From the sequence record SRR31156797_362: 64,000 bases of DNA. One strand, 5' to 3'. The notes under the pieces are model-generated. The model was not told the origin of the DNA. It saw nothing but the letters and a program-made list of their open reading frames with translations, and made no database searches. The translations under genes were made by a program, and so were the position numbers. Positions within the stretch are counted from its first letter, which is position 1. Every line of letters begins with the position of its first letter. This document shows, in pieces, positions 10,294 through 20,860 of this stretch.

Positions 10294-11211
10294 ATGGATA
10301 CTGCTCTGGATTGCATGCCGTGTTTTATGAAAATGGCTGTTCGGGAGGCTCGACTTGCCTGCCCTGATGACGTTGTTTTGCAACAAGAGATCGTTATGGA
10401 GTGGGGGAAGACTCTTTCTCAACTTGATTTAAGTGATCCACCGCCTGCCATTGCTCGACATTTGGCTGAGTTGATACGCATAAAAACTGGGTGTGGTGAC
10501 CTTTATCGTGCGGACAAAGATGAGGCTAATAGGTGTGTGGCCGCGCTTTTACCTGATCTTGAGGTGCGTATAGCTCAAGAGAGAGCTACTGATGGTGGTG
10601 ATGCGTTGGCTCTTGCTCTGGAGTTTGCGATAATAGGTAATTATATTGATCGAGGCGTTGAGCTTGAATTTGATTTGGAAGACGAAATGGCCAATGTTGC
10701 CAAGACGATTTCACCGGATGTACTTAAAAGTTTGAAAGACGATATTTTCCCCGGAGCCAAAGTGCTTATTCTTGGTGATAATACCGGTGAAATTGTTTTG
10801 GATAAACTTTTGGTTAAAGAATTCAAACGGATGAAGTGTGATGTTACGTTTGTAGTCCGTTCTTATCCTGTTATCAACGATGCGACCATGGAAGATGCTG
10901 TAACCGTTGGGATGACACAGCTCTGTCGTGTAGTCGAAAGTGGAGTGGATACTCCCGGAACCATTTTGGATAGATGTAGTCCCGAGTTTTTGAAAACAAT
11001 GGAGCAGGCCGATATAATCCTTGCCAAAGGATTGGGAAATTTCGAAGCGCTTGATGGGCGTTGGCCTGATATCTATTGTGCTTTTAAAGTTAAATGTAAA
11101 CGGATTGCAGAAAAGACCGGATTGGATTTAGGTACGAGTGTGTTTTATAAGACAAAAATAGATGAAACAGATAGTAGGGACGGAGGTGTCCCTGATGCGA
11201 GTAGCGATTAA
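10294..11211 (+). CDS. DUF89/ARMT1-like damage-control phosphatase
   Basis: N-terminal DC.PC, GNYID, DNTGEIVLD, PVINDAT, KGLGNFEAL. Confidence 0.88.
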   Translation: MDTALDCMPCFMKMAVREARLACPDDVVLQQEIVMEWGKTLSQLDLSDPPPAIARHLAELIRIKTGCGDLYRADKDEANRCVAALLPDLEVRIAQERATDGGDALALALEFAIIGNYIDRGVELEFDLEDEMANVAKTISPDVLKSLKDDIFPGAKVLILGDNTGEIVLDKLLVKEFKRMKCDVTFVVRSYPVINDATMEDAVTVGMTQLCRVVESGVDTPGTILDRCSPEFLKTMEQADIILAKGLGNFEALDGRWPDIYCAFKVKCKRIAEKTGLDLGTSVFYKTKIDETDSRDGGVPDASSD

Positions 11212-14200
11212 ACGATTGCTTCTTCTCCTTATGGAGTTGTGCGTTGTCCTTCTTTTTGGGGCGACCATCGCTTTGTTTTGGGCTTCATACTACATTGATA
11301 CCGATGAATTTCGAACGACTTTTACCCAAAAGTTAAGTGTAATCCTTGATAGAAAGGTGGAACTTGCCGGCGATCTCAATATTGTCGCTTGGCCAGATTT
11401 GGCCTTGGAAGTCGACGGGTTAACCGTTCATGAAGCCGCTGATTTTGGGACCGGTCTTGCTGCCGAGTTCGATACCATTCGAATTATGGTCGAGGTTCTG
11501 CCGCTGTTTTCGAAACAGCTTCAAATTGAGTCTGTTGTTGTTGAAGGCATGCGGGGGACTATCCTTTATGGTGAAAATGGGCAGTTTAACTGGCAGACGG
11601 TTTTAGATAGTGCTGTCGGACAAAATAAAGGAAATTATTCTTCTTTATTAGATGGCTGGGTGTTGTCTGTAGAAGCCGTAGAGATTGCTGATGCGGAAAT
11701 TGTTTACCGTGATGTTTCCACCCAGAGCGAATATCGATTGAGCGGTATTGATTTGCGTACTGGCATGTTTCGGCCCGGCCAGGATGTCCCATTTTCTGTT
11801 AGCAGTGATTTTACATGGGCTGAACAGAGCCTTACTTCAGCGTTGACCTTAAAAGGAGTTCTTCGCGTCTCTTCAGATGGTTCTGATGTTACTCTCAAAA
11901 ATTCGTCTATGTACGGAACTGTTTCTGGCGATATCTTGCCGGAAGGGGTGGCCCCAGGAGAACTAACGGCGTACCTTGATGTGGACTGGAAGAATCGTTC
12001 TGTGGGGCTGCGGGGTTTACAGGTCCTTTTTTTGGGACTTCGGGCAGAAGGCAATCTTAAAAGTGGCGATTTGCGAGAGGGTTTTTTTGCGGAAGGACAT
12101 GTAACAGTCCATCCTTTTACTCCTTCTGAATTAATTGCTCAACACGTCCCTTCATTGCCTGTGGACACGGTGGACGGCCTTGCCAGCGCTGCGATGACAA
12201 CTTTTGTCAGAGTGTCAGAGAAGGGAATATCATTTGAAGATTTGGCTTTAACTCTTGATGATCTTATCGTACGGGGAAAATTGGACATTATTGGGTACAC
12301 AAAGCCAGTGTTCAACTTTTCCTTGCGTAGTAATACTCTTGAACTTGACAGATATCTTCCTCTTTTTGTGACTGGTACTCCATTTGTTTGGAATGACTTC
12401 AATTTGAATTTTTTTAAAAAATTTGAAGGGAAAGGTCTTGTTCGGGCTGATGGGCTCAAGGTTATTGGTGCAAATATATCTGATATTCGCCTCAAGGTTT
12501 CAGCGCACAATTCCAAAATTTCTTTTGTTGCTGAATCTGCCCGGCATAATTTGACATCGCTTACGGGCTCTATGGATGTAACTCTAGGGAGCTCTTCTCA
12601 AAAAAACGTTCCTACATTGGCTATTGAGACGCTTATCAAGGCTCATTCGTCTGAAGACGGTTTTACTTTATTACAACGTTCTCCTTTTTTTGTTGGAGGG
12701 GCTGGTAAATGCATTTTTTCTGCATCTGTTGCTCCAATGGAATGCCCACCAAAAGAACGTTCAATTTTAATTTTACGTAACTTAAAAAGCTCTGTTGGTT
12801 TTTCTTTGGGCAGAGGGGTGTCACGGTATAAGGATGCCTCTGGGCGAACACGAGCGCTGCATTATTCCAAAGCAGATGTAAACGTGAGTGTGGTTCCTGC
12901 ACAAGGGACGTCTGAGACAGGATGGAACAACATTGTTGATGCCACCGTGAAAACTCGTGGTGGGGAAAAAATCGAAACTTTTTCTTTGATTGCGCAAGGG
13001 CCGTTAACCCTTGGGATTGATAGTGGAGAAGTACGAAGTTCCGGCATGGCTATTAATGGCCATGTGACGTCTTCACTGTTGCCAAAGCAAGCCAAAAGGG
13101 CAACGGCGAACGGAACTGTTGCCTTTGATTCTGAGAAGGGAACGTTGAAGGTGTCTGAGGGCTTTGTCCGGGTATTGGAGACCTCGATAACCGGTTTGGT
13201 CCAGTTGACTGATTTGAACGAGAAATTCAAGGGCAAGGGAAACGTTTCAATTTCTGGAGCTAATCCCAAGCGTGTTGTCTATTTATTGGTGGGTAAGGCT
13301 CTCAGAACAAAAGATAGTAAAGCGTTGACTAAGGCAGTCCTTAATACTCGATTTACTGTTGACGAAGAAGGCTTTGTGTTGAGCGAATTAAGGGGGGAAC
13401 TTGATGGCATGGCCATCAAGGGGCACGTGGCTGGAGCTGGATTCAAAAATCCAGTTCTTGCTTTTACTCTGACAGCTGGAGATTTCGATTTAGATCGATA
13501 TCTTCCACCATCACATAAACCGAATTCCCGTACAGGAAAATTGCCAGAGGCCAAGCCTGTAAAATTGCCTTTGGAGTTTTTACGAGCTCTTCGTCTCAGT
13601 GGGAAAGCTACTTTCGATTCATTTACTTTGGCTGACATTCGGGCAACCCGTTTGGTCGGGCGGGTAAGAGCTGATAACGGTGATATCCATGTTTCAAAAG
13701 TGCAGGGGCAGCTTCATGGAGGTTCGTTGACGGGTGATTGGTCAGGGTTGGTGAGTGAAATTTCATTGAGTACTGATCTTGTCCTTGATGTTAAAAACAT
13801 GCAGGCGGGCCCTCTTTTGAAGGATATGGCTAAACGAGATTATATCCGTGGTGAAACCGATGTAGACATCGACCTTAAAAGCCGAGGTGCGACTGATGAT
13901 GATATCTTGGCTAATCTTCAAGGAACCACAAAGATACGCGTAGCTAATGGCTCTTTTAAGTTTACCGGCTACAGTTTAAAGCCGGAGCAAATATCAGCAA
14001 AAAGATCGACCGATACTGTGGGGCAAGAGGCCCAGCAAAAACATCTTCCACGAACACCATTTCAAAAAGCTGTTATTGATTTATCTGCCAAGAAAGGCCT
14101 CTTTAATGTCGACAAATTACGGGTTGAAGCCCCTCCGGTTCTTCAGTCTTCTGGAGAAGGTCATTTTAATTTGCCGGACAACACAATAGATATTGCAATC

Positions 14201-14362
14201 CGTAATGATTTTGTAGTGGTTCCAAGTGTGACTATTAAATTGGTAGGTAAGTTGACAGATCCACAGGTGAAGATACCTACAGGCAAAATCGTTCACGATA
14301 CTGTATTCAACATTTTGAGTATACCAAAGACCTCTTTCGAGTTCTTACGTGATCTTTTCTAA
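11195..14362 (+). CDS. asmA: AsmA-family (bridge-like lipid transfer) protein
   Basis: N-terminal TM anchor, beta-rich body, NGQFNW, and two LDRYLP motifs. Confidence 0.8.
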   Translation: MRVAIKRLLLLLMELCVVLLFGATIALFWASYYIDTDEFRTTFTQKLSVILDRKVELAGDLNIVAWPDLALEVDGLTVHEAADFGTGLAAEFDTIRIMVEVLPLFSKQLQIESVVVEGMRGTILYGENGQFNWQTVLDSAVGQNKGNYSSLLDGWVLSVEAVEIADAEIVYRDVSTQSEYRLSGIDLRTGMFRPGQDVPFSVSSDFTWAEQSLTSALTLKGVLRVSSDGSDVTLKNSSMYGTVSGDILPEGVAPGELTAYLDVDWKNRSVGLRGLQVLFLGLRAEGNLKSGDLREGFFAEGHVTVHPFTPSELIAQHVPSLPVDTVDGLASAAMTTFVRVSEKGISFEDLALTLDDLIVRGKLDIIGYTKPVFNFSLRSNTLELDRYLPLFVTGTPFVWNDFNLNFFKKFEGKGLVRADGLKVIGANISDIRLKVSAHNSKISFVAESARHNLTSLTGSMDVTLGSSSQKNVPTLAIETLIKAHSSEDGFTLLQRSPFFVGGAGKCIFSASVAPMECPPKERSILILRNLKSSVGFSLGRGVSRYKDASGRTRALHYSKADVNVSVVPAQGTSETGWNNIVDATVKTRGGEKIETFSLIAQGPLTLGIDSGEVRSSGMAINGHVTSSLLPKQAKRATANGTVAFDSEKGTLKVSEGFVRVLETSITGLVQLTDLNEKFKGKGNVSISGANPKRVVYLLVGKALRTKDSKALTKAVLNTRFTVDEEGFVLSELRGELDGMAIKGHVAGAGFKNPVLAFTLTAGDFDLDRYLPPSHKPNSRTGKLPEAKPVKLPLEFLRALRLSGKATFDSFTLADIRATRLVGRVRADNGDIHVSKVQGQLHGGSLTGDWSGLVSEISLSTDLVLDVKNMQAGPLLKDMAKRDYIRGETDVDIDLKSRGATDDDILANLQGTTKIRVANGSFKFTGYSLKPEQISAKRSTDTVGQEAQQKHLPRTPFQKAVIDLSAKKGLFNVDKLRVEAPPVLQSSGEGHFNLPDNTIDIAIRNDFVVVPSVTIKLVGKLTDPQVKIPTGKIVHDTVFNILSIPKTSFEFLRDLF

Positions 14363-14456
14363 TGTGAGTAGCTGTCTTGCCTGTCGAACGTAAAACAGTG
14401 TATGTTGTTCGACAGATAGGTACGCAGTGAAATAGGTGGATACGAGTGGAGTTATC

Positions 14457-15860
14457 ATGAGTGCAGCCAAGTTGGAACGAACATCCCGAAATGTGAAACG
14501 GCTTTTTCTTGAAAGTATCTGGGTAAGAAACACACCGGATACTCCGAGTTATGTTCGTCTTTGGCGTGGGGCAAGTCGTTTACTTTATCTGGTCGGTTTC
14601 GGTTTTATCAAGGATCAGACTGTTATTCGCGCAGCGGCCCTGACATTTACGACTATTTTGTCAATCGTCCCGTTTCTTGCCGTTGCTTTTTCTATTTCCA
14701 AAGGGTTTGGACTGCAAAATACAGATTTTATAAGAACTCTCATTCTTAAGCTTACTACTGGTCGCGTTGAGGTTGCTGATAAGATTATTGAATATATTGA
14801 CCGGACCAATGTTCAGGCTTTGGGTTGGGTTGGTGTGGCTACATTGCTCTTTACGGTATTCTCCCTCATTGGCACGACCGAAAAGGCCTTTAATACTATT
14901 TGGAATGTGACCAAAGGCCGTTCGCCTTGGCGAAAAATAGCAGATTTTTTCCCCGTTATTTTGATTTGTCCTCTCGTATTGATTATCGCTTCGAGTTTTA
15001 ATGTGAGCCTTCAACAGCAACAAATGATGACCGATCTTTTGAGTGTTGAGGCTGTTGGATATCTTGAAACGGTTTTCCTCAAGGTAGCTCCATATATACT
15101 CATTTCATTGGCGTTTATGTTTATGTACGCCTTTATCCCTTATACACGTGTGGATATGGTTGCCGCTCTTGTTGGTGGGGTGGTCGGTGGCGTTCTTTGG
15201 CAGATGGCTCAATGGTTGTACATCAACTGGCAGATAGGCGCGGCCAAGTATAACGCCATTTATGGCAGTTTTGCTCAATTACCCCTTTTGCTTATTTGGA
15301 TTTACATCAGCTGGCTTATTGTCTTGCTTGGGTCTGAGGTGAGTTATAGTTGGCAAAATCTTAATTCTTTTGTGAAACAGCGATATTTTGGCGAGGCAAC
15401 GCCATATGAGCGTCAGAAGATCGCGGTCTTAATGATGATTGTTCTTGCCAAACGCTTTTACGCGGGAAAGCCCTTGCCATCAGTAGAAGAAATATCGGAT
15501 GGGCTTATGGCTCCGGCAACATTGGTGTCTGATCTGTTTACCCTGTTGCAAAAGGCAGGATATACGGTGTTAGCTGATGTAAAGGGGTGTGAGCTATACG
15601 CCCCAGCCAGATCATTGGATGAAATTCGTGTGTTGGATATCATCCGTGTTGTAAACATGGACGGTGAACACAGGGTTTTTGAGGAATTTGATCAAAAGTT
15701 TGGTTTTTTGGACAAGTTGCTTGGGACTTTGGCTGACGATACCAGTCAGAGTGAGGCGAACCTCACTCTGCTTGATTGCGCTGAACAGTATTCATCGTCC
15801 ATTCTCGGCATTGCGCCTGAGAGTGAGCAGATGGGAACCTGTTCTCACACATCGGTCTGA
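14457..15860 (+). CDS. YihY/BrkB-family inner membrane protein with C-terminal HTH-like extension
   Basis: RAAALTFTTILSIVP, EKAFNTIW, YNAIYGSFAQLP.LLIWIY.SW.IVL.G.E. Confidence 0.9.
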   Translation: MSAAKLERTSRNVKRLFLESIWVRNTPDTPSYVRLWRGASRLLYLVGFGFIKDQTVIRAAALTFTTILSIVPFLAVAFSISKGFGLQNTDFIRTLILKLTTGRVEVADKIIEYIDRTNVQALGWVGVATLLFTVFSLIGTTEKAFNTIWNVTKGRSPWRKIADFFPVILICPLVLIIASSFNVSLQQQQMMTDLLSVEAVGYLETVFLKVAPYILISLAFMFMYAFIPYTRVDMVAALVGGVVGGVLWQMAQWLYINWQIGAAKYNAIYGSFAQLPLLLIWIYISWLIVLLGSEVSYSWQNLNSFVKQRYFGEATPYERQKIAVLMMIVLAKRFYAGKPLPSVEEISDGLMAPATLVSDLFTLLQKAGYTVLADVKGCELYAPARSLDEIRVLDIIRVVNMDGEHRVFEEFDQKFGFLDKLLGTLADDTSQSEANLTLLDCAEQYSSSILGIAPESEQMGTCSHTSV

Positions 15861-15865
15861 TTTTC

Positions 15866-16981
15866 CTATTTTGCATAGGCGGCTTCGTAGCGCGCTTTGA
15901 GTTCATTGAAGGTTCCGTTCTCAATGGCTGCCTTGATCTGTTTCATGAGATCCAGGTAAAAGTAGAGATTGTGGTAAGTGTTTAACCTGTATGACAAGAG
16001 TTCCTTAGCCTGATACAGATGCCGCAAGTATGCTTTGGTGAAGTTGCGACAGGTATAGCAGTTACAATTGGGGTCCAGAGGTGAATCGTCTTCGGTATAT
16101 TCTGCGCGTTTGATGTTGATCTTGCCCATGGATGTAAACAGGGTCCCGTTGCGTGCATTGCGTGAGGGCAGGACGCAGTCAAACATATCAACTCCGGCAG
16201 ACACGCCTTCCAGTATATCCAGAGGTGTACCAACTCCCATAAGGTAGCGAGGTTTTTCTTCCGGCATCTTTGGGGCTATGTGGTTTAAAATATCGTACAT
16301 TTCTTCCGTGGATTCACCAACAGACAGGCCGCCGATGGCAAATCCTTCAAAATCGATTTTGCGAAGTTGATAAAGACTTTTTTCTCGTAAGTCCTTGTGA
16401 AAACCGCCTTGTACGATACCAAACATGAGCTGTTCGCCGCTTCCCTTGGGATAGTGATCACGACACCGCTGTGCCCAGCGTGTAGTCATTTCAAGAGATT
16501 TTTCAGTGTACTTACGATCATTGCCGTAACCTACACATTCATCAAGGACCATCATGATATCTGAACCGAGATTTTTTTGGATATCAATGGCTTTTTCGGG
16601 TGAGAAAAAATGTTTGGAACCATTGAGATAAGAGCGAAATTCCACGCCCTCCTCAGATAGTTTGCGGATACCTTGCAGGCTGAAGACCTGAAAGCCGCCG
16701 CTGTCTGTCAGGATTGGTCGTTTCCAATTTGAAAATTTGTGTAGACCACCCCGTCGGGCGACCAATTCATCACCAGGGCGAAGATAGAGATGGTATGTGT
16801 TGCCGAGTATGATTTGAGCATCCATCTCTTCTAGGTCGTGCGGGGTCAAGCTCTTGACTGTGCCTTGAGTACCTACGGGCATAAAAATAGGTGTCTGGAT
16901 GTCGCCGTGTGCTGTGCTTAAGGTGGCACGTCGAGCTTTACCGTCGGTATTGTGGACTTTGAAGTCGCCGGGTTTGGTCAT
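15866..16981 (-). CDS. tgt: tRNA-guanine transglycosylase
   Basis: [33 protein letters not shown], zinc site C.C..C...H. Confidence 0.97.
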   Translation of the reverse strand: MTKPGDFKVHNTDGKARRATLSTAHGDIQTPIFMPVGTQGTVKSLTPHDLEEMDAQIILGNTYHLYLRPGDELVARRGGLHKFSNWKRPILTDSGGFQVFSLQGIRKLSEEGVEFRSYLNGSKHFFSPEKAIDIQKNLGSDIMMVLDECVGYGNDRKYTEKSLEMTTRWAQRCRDHYPKGSGEQLMFGIVQGGFHKDLREKSLYQLRKIDFEGFAIGGLSVGESTEEMYDILNHIAPKMPEEKPRYLMGVGTPLDILEGVSAGVDMFDCVLPSRNARNGTLFTSMGKINIKRAEYTEDDSPLDPNCNCYTCRNFTKAYLRHLYQAKELLSYRLNTYHNLYFYLDLMKQIKAAIENGTFNELKARYEAAYAK

Positions 16982-17616
16982 TATTTTACTCCCTTTTTTG
17001 GGCAGATGTCGTTGAGTTCACATATGTCGCATTTGGGTTTCCGTGCAGGGCAAACCTCGCGACCATAAAAAACAAGGTAATGGTTAATATCGCCCCATTG
17101 GTCACGCGGGTACAGTGGCATGAGGTCTTTTTCAATGGGAATGGGTGCTGTTTTGGTGGTCAGTCCCATACGAAAAGCGAGTCGTTTGACGTGGGTGTCT
17201 ACGGCAATGCCTTCGTTAACGCCGAATGCATTAGAAAGAACAATACTCGCAGTTTTTCGAGCAACACCACCAAGCGTGATGAGTTCCGCCATGGTTTGTG
17301 GCACCTTGCCGTCGTATTCTGTCATAATCCGCAGGGCTGCTGCTTTGATATTTTTAGCCTTGTTCCGAAAAAAACCGGTTGAGCGGACCACTTCTTCGAT
17401 GTCTGTCACATCGGCATTGGCTGCATCTTCGATTTCGGGCCACCGCTTGAAAAAAATAGGAGTGACTTTGTTTACCCGTTCATCAGTGCATTGAGCGGAC
17501 AGGGCCGTTGCTACGAGTAATTCCCATGGAGTGGACCAAGTTAGTGCCGGCTCAGGCGATGGATACCGTTTCGCTAAACGTTTGTATATTTCTGATGCGC
17601 GTTCTTTCTTTTTCAT
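16981..17616 (-). CDS. nth: endonuclease III
   Basis: LSAQCTD.RVN, HhH GVARKTA, AVDTHV.R, C-terminal 4Fe-4S C-X6-C-X2-C-X5-C. Confidence 0.96.
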   Translation of the reverse strand: MKKKERASEIYKRLAKRYPSPEPALTWSTPWELLVATALSAQCTDERVNKVTPIFFKRWPEIEDAANADVTDIEEVVRSTGFFRNKAKNIKAAALRIMTEYDGKVPQTMAELITLGGVARKTASIVLSNAFGVNEGIAVDTHVKRLAFRMGLTTKTAPIPIEKDLMPLYPRDQWGDINHYLVFYGREVCPARKPKCDICELNDICPKKGVK

Positions 17617-17741
17617 GATGTCTCCGTGATGGACGGTGTTAGCACCTGCTTTTCCAACGCTCAAGTCCCAATTGCTTACTCTTCTTTGCGTGGGACTTTA
17701 AAGCATGTATCATTGGTACAACTTTCTAAAAAGGAGATCTC

Positions 17742-18062
17742 ATGAGCGAAACATTTATCTATATGACATGTGAAACCATGGTCGAAGCGGAAAATATCGG
17801 GACAGTGCTTTTGGAACGTCGGTTGGTTGCGTGTGTGAATATTCTTGGTGGTATGAAGTCCATGTATTGGTGGAAAGGCAAGGTGGAAAAGGCTGAAGAA
17901 GTTGTGCTCTTCGCGAAAACAAAAGAGAGTCTTGTTGATGAATTAACTGAAGCGGTTAAGGTTATACACAGCTATGAAGTGCCGTGTGTTGTGGCTGTCC
18001 CCATTACCGACGGTAACCCGGATTTTTTACAATGGATCAACGGAGAAACCATGGAATCATGA
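17742..18062 (+). CDS. cutA: divalent-cation tolerance protein CutA
   Basis: RLVACVNI, S.Y.WKG, HSYEVP; GGAG RBS upstream. Confidence 0.93.
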   Translation: MSETFIYMTCETMVEAENIGTVLLERRLVACVNILGGMKSMYWWKGKVEKAEEVVLFAKTKESLVDELTEAVKVIHSYEVPCVVAVPITDGNPDFLQWINGETMES

Positions 18063-18089
18063 ATATGTGTTTTTAATAAAGGCATACCG

Positions 18090-18119
18090 TTGACAGCAAT
18101 GGGAGCAAAAACGTACCTT
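18090..18119 (+). promoter_or_regulatory. putative sigma70 promoter for the kinase operon
   Basis: TTGACA-18 nt-TACCTT, ending 37 nt upstream of ATG 18157. Confidence 0.55.
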
Positions 18120-18156
18120 CCCGGTGAAAAATTCAGCCATCTTTTGAGGAGTTACA

Positions 18157-19092
18157 ATGAATATTTATGTTACCGGTTCCCTTGCTTTTGACCGCATCAT
18201 GTCATTTCCTGACAAATTTTCTAATCATATCCTTCCTGACAAGATTCATATTTTGAATGTGTGCTTTCTCGTTGACGGTCTGACCGAGAGGTTTGGCGGT
18301 ACTGCCGGTAATATTGCTTACAGCCTTGCATTACTTGATGAAAAATCTGTTATTCTCAGTCAGGTAGGTAAGGATTTCGCAACTTATGATGAACGTTTGC
18401 ATCATTTTGGTTTTTCCGTAGAAGGAATTCGTACCCTTGATCAGGAATTTACTGCCGGGGCTTACATTACTACTGATCAGTCTGATAATCAGATTACTGG
18501 TTTTAACCCCGGTGCTATGAAATATCCTTGCCAGTATGATATGTCCAAGATCAATGGCAACGATGCCTTGGGTATTATTTCTCCTGGTAATCTGGGCGAT
18601 ATGATTGATCATCCCAAGTATTACCGAGAGAATAAAATACCTTTCATTTTCGATCCGGGGCAGCAGATTCCGGCTTTTACCAGTGAACAGCTTAAAGAGG
18701 CTTTTCTTGGCGCGGAAATTCTCATCACCAATGACTATGAGTTGGAGATGATCATGAATACAACAGGCATGTCCAAAGATGATATTTTGGATTCTGTTGC
18801 CTATCTGGTCACAACATTGGGAGAAAAAGGTTCTGTCGTAAATTGTAATGGCGAGGAAACTTTTGTGGATGTTGTTCCTGCTGAAGCGGTTGTTGATCCT
18901 ACTGGCGCAGGTGATGCTTTCCGCTCGGGACTGCTTAAGGGGTTGTCCATGGGCAAGACCGTGGTGGATGCCTGCAAGCTTGGTGCAACCTGTGCAACGT
19001 ATGCAGTTGAAAAGAATGGAACGCAGGAACACTCCTTCACGATGGATGAGTTTACTGCTCGATATGAGGCCGTATTTGGTCCTATGGAATAA
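18157..19092 (+). CDS. PfkB-family nucleoside (adenosine-type) kinase
   Basis: GSLAFDRIM.FP, GG.AGNIAY, FDPGQQ, DPTGAGDAFR anion-hole motif. Confidence 0.88.
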   Translation: MNIYVTGSLAFDRIMSFPDKFSNHILPDKIHILNVCFLVDGLTERFGGTAGNIAYSLALLDEKSVILSQVGKDFATYDERLHHFGFSVEGIRTLDQEFTAGAYITTDQSDNQITGFNPGAMKYPCQYDMSKINGNDALGIISPGNLGDMIDHPKYYRENKIPFIFDPGQQIPAFTSEQLKEAFLGAEILITNDYELEMIMNTTGMSKDDILDSVAYLVTTLGEKGSVVNCNGEETFVDVVPAEAVVDPTGAGDAFRSGLLKGLSMGKTVVDACKLGATCATYAVEKNGTQEHSFTMDEFTARYEAVFGPME

Positions 19093-19122
19093 GTTTTAAA
19101 AGGCCCCGCCGGGGAGGGCGTC

Positions 19123-20205
19123 ATGATCGAATTGAAGATCGAATCCATTGAGGCATATTTGAAGCGTGCTTTCGGAGATGACGCCCGACTCGTCGGGGCT
19201 GGTTCCATCGGCAATCTGGACGAACAGGGTATGAAGGGATTTGGGTACGGCAAGCCTTTATTGCTTCAGTTCGAAGTTGGTGGAGAGATGCGAGAGGCTG
19301 TTTTGTCCGTGATGAAAGGGGACAAATATGGCCACCAGTTTTATTGGGACAGAGGAGCAATTCTTATGTTTCAGTATGAGACCTCCGCACGCATGGAACG
19401 GCATGTTCACCCGCTTGGCCTTGGGTATGTCGATAGTTCGGATTCCTTGATACCGGTGGATGAACCCAAGGAATTCTTCATCCTCAATGAGAAGTTGGAA
19501 GGGCATGACTATTTCCTTGATCTCGATAGGATCAAGTCTGGCGACATTCGTGAATCTGATGTTGAAACCGCTCGTGAATTTGCTCGGTGGCTTGCACGGG
19601 CGCACAGCGTCAAATTTGATGATCCCCATCTGTATTATCGGCGTATCCGTAATCTGATTGGCTCAAGCGAATGTATTCTCGGATTGATAGACGAAGCGTT
19701 TCCTCATCCTTATGCGCCGTTTGGCGACAATGAATTCATGGCCTTGGAAAAACGTCTCATTGATTGGCGATGGAAACTCAAGGGTTACGCCCATAGATTG
19801 AGCGTTGTTCATGGCGATTTTCATCCCTGGAATGTGCTTGTCACTGATGATGGAGAATTTTCAGTTCTTGATCGCAGTCGTGGAGAATGGGGAGAACCTG
19901 CCGGAGATTTGGCGACCATGGCTGTTAATTATCTATTGTGGAGTCTCTACGGTCATGATCGAATGAGTGGCCCCTTTGAGAAGTTGTATCGGGCTTATGT
20001 CGAGGAATATATAGCCCGGACAAGCGATACGGAAATTTTTGACGTCATGGCCCCGTTTTGCGTTTTTCGTGGGTTGGTCATCGCGTCACCGGAATGGTAT
20101 CCTGATCATCCCGAGTCCGTTCGTCAAAGGCTTTTTAATTTTGTAGGCAATGTGCTTGAAGACGATGTTTTTGATTGGGAGAATATCAATAAATATCTGG
20201 AGTAG
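19123..20205 (+). CDS. aminoglycoside-phosphotransferase/kinase-like protein, function unknown
   Basis: Gly-rich KGFGYG, catalytic loop HGDFHPWN, metal-binding LDRSRG, GEPAGDL. Confidence 0.8.
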   Translation: MIELKIESIEAYLKRAFGDDARLVGAGSIGNLDEQGMKGFGYGKPLLLQFEVGGEMREAVLSVMKGDKYGHQFYWDRGAILMFQYETSARMERHVHPLGLGYVDSSDSLIPVDEPKEFFILNEKLEGHDYFLDLDRIKSGDIRESDVETAREFARWLARAHSVKFDDPHLYYRRIRNLIGSSECILGLIDEAFPHPYAPFGDNEFMALEKRLIDWRWKLKGYAHRLSVVHGDFHPWNVLVTDDGEFSVLDRSRGEWGEPAGDLATMAVNYLLWSLYGHDRMSGPFEKLYRAYVEEYIARTSDTEIFDVMAPFCVFRGLVIASPEWYPDHPESVRQRLFNFVGNVLEDDVFDWENINKYLE

Positions 20206-20207
20206 TC

Positions 20208-20792
20208 ATGGCCGAAAATGTGTCGGGATGGGCTCTTTGGATTGTCGGACTGCCTGGAAGCGGTAAATCCACGTTGGCGAATGGTGTTCGTGCGTACATG
20301 GAAGACCGTGGCCTCAAGGTGACCTTTCTTCAGATGGATGAACGACGCAAATTATATTTCCCGCATCCTGACTATACACCTGAAGAGCGTGAAAAGGCAT
20401 ACGTTCTTTTTGTCAATGAAGTGGCTGAACTCGTGCGACAGGGCAAGAATGTTTTGATGGATGGTTCCGCATATAAACGATCCATGCGAGAGTATGCACG
20501 GTTAAAGCTGCCTCGATTTGCTGAGATTTTTATTCAGTGTGATATTACCGAGGCCATTCGTCGGGAGTCGGTTCGGCCAGAAGGACTTGTTATGGCCGGA
20601 TTGTACAGCAAGGCTTTGCAACGCAAGAAGACTGGTGAACAGTTTGAGGGCTTGGGTGAGGTCATTGGTGTGGATGTTGAGTTTGAAATGGACCCGGACG
20701 CGGAGTTTGTCATTGACAACACCCGATTGACAGCAAAGGAAACTTTGGGAAAAGCCTTGCACTTTCTGGACACGTGGCTTGTCAGTGTTTAA
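20208..20792 (+). CDS. adenylyl-sulfate kinase-like P-loop kinase
   Basis: W.VGLPGSGKSTLA, GLYSKA...G, GVDVEFE, resembling CysC. Confidence 0.75.
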   Translation: MAENVSGWALWIVGLPGSGKSTLANGVRAYMEDRGLKVTFLQMDERRKLYFPHPDYTPEEREKAYVLFVNEVAELVRQGKNVLMDGSAYKRSMREYARLKLPRFAEIFIQCDITEAIRRESVRPEGLVMAGLYSKALQRKKTGEQFEGLGEVIGVDVEFEMDPDAEFVIDNTRLTAKETLGKALHFLDTWLVSV

Positions 20793-20860
20793 GTGGCTTG
20801 CACGGGTATGAATGATTTATAATAACCTTCAACTGCCCTTATAGGGGTAGGACATCATAT

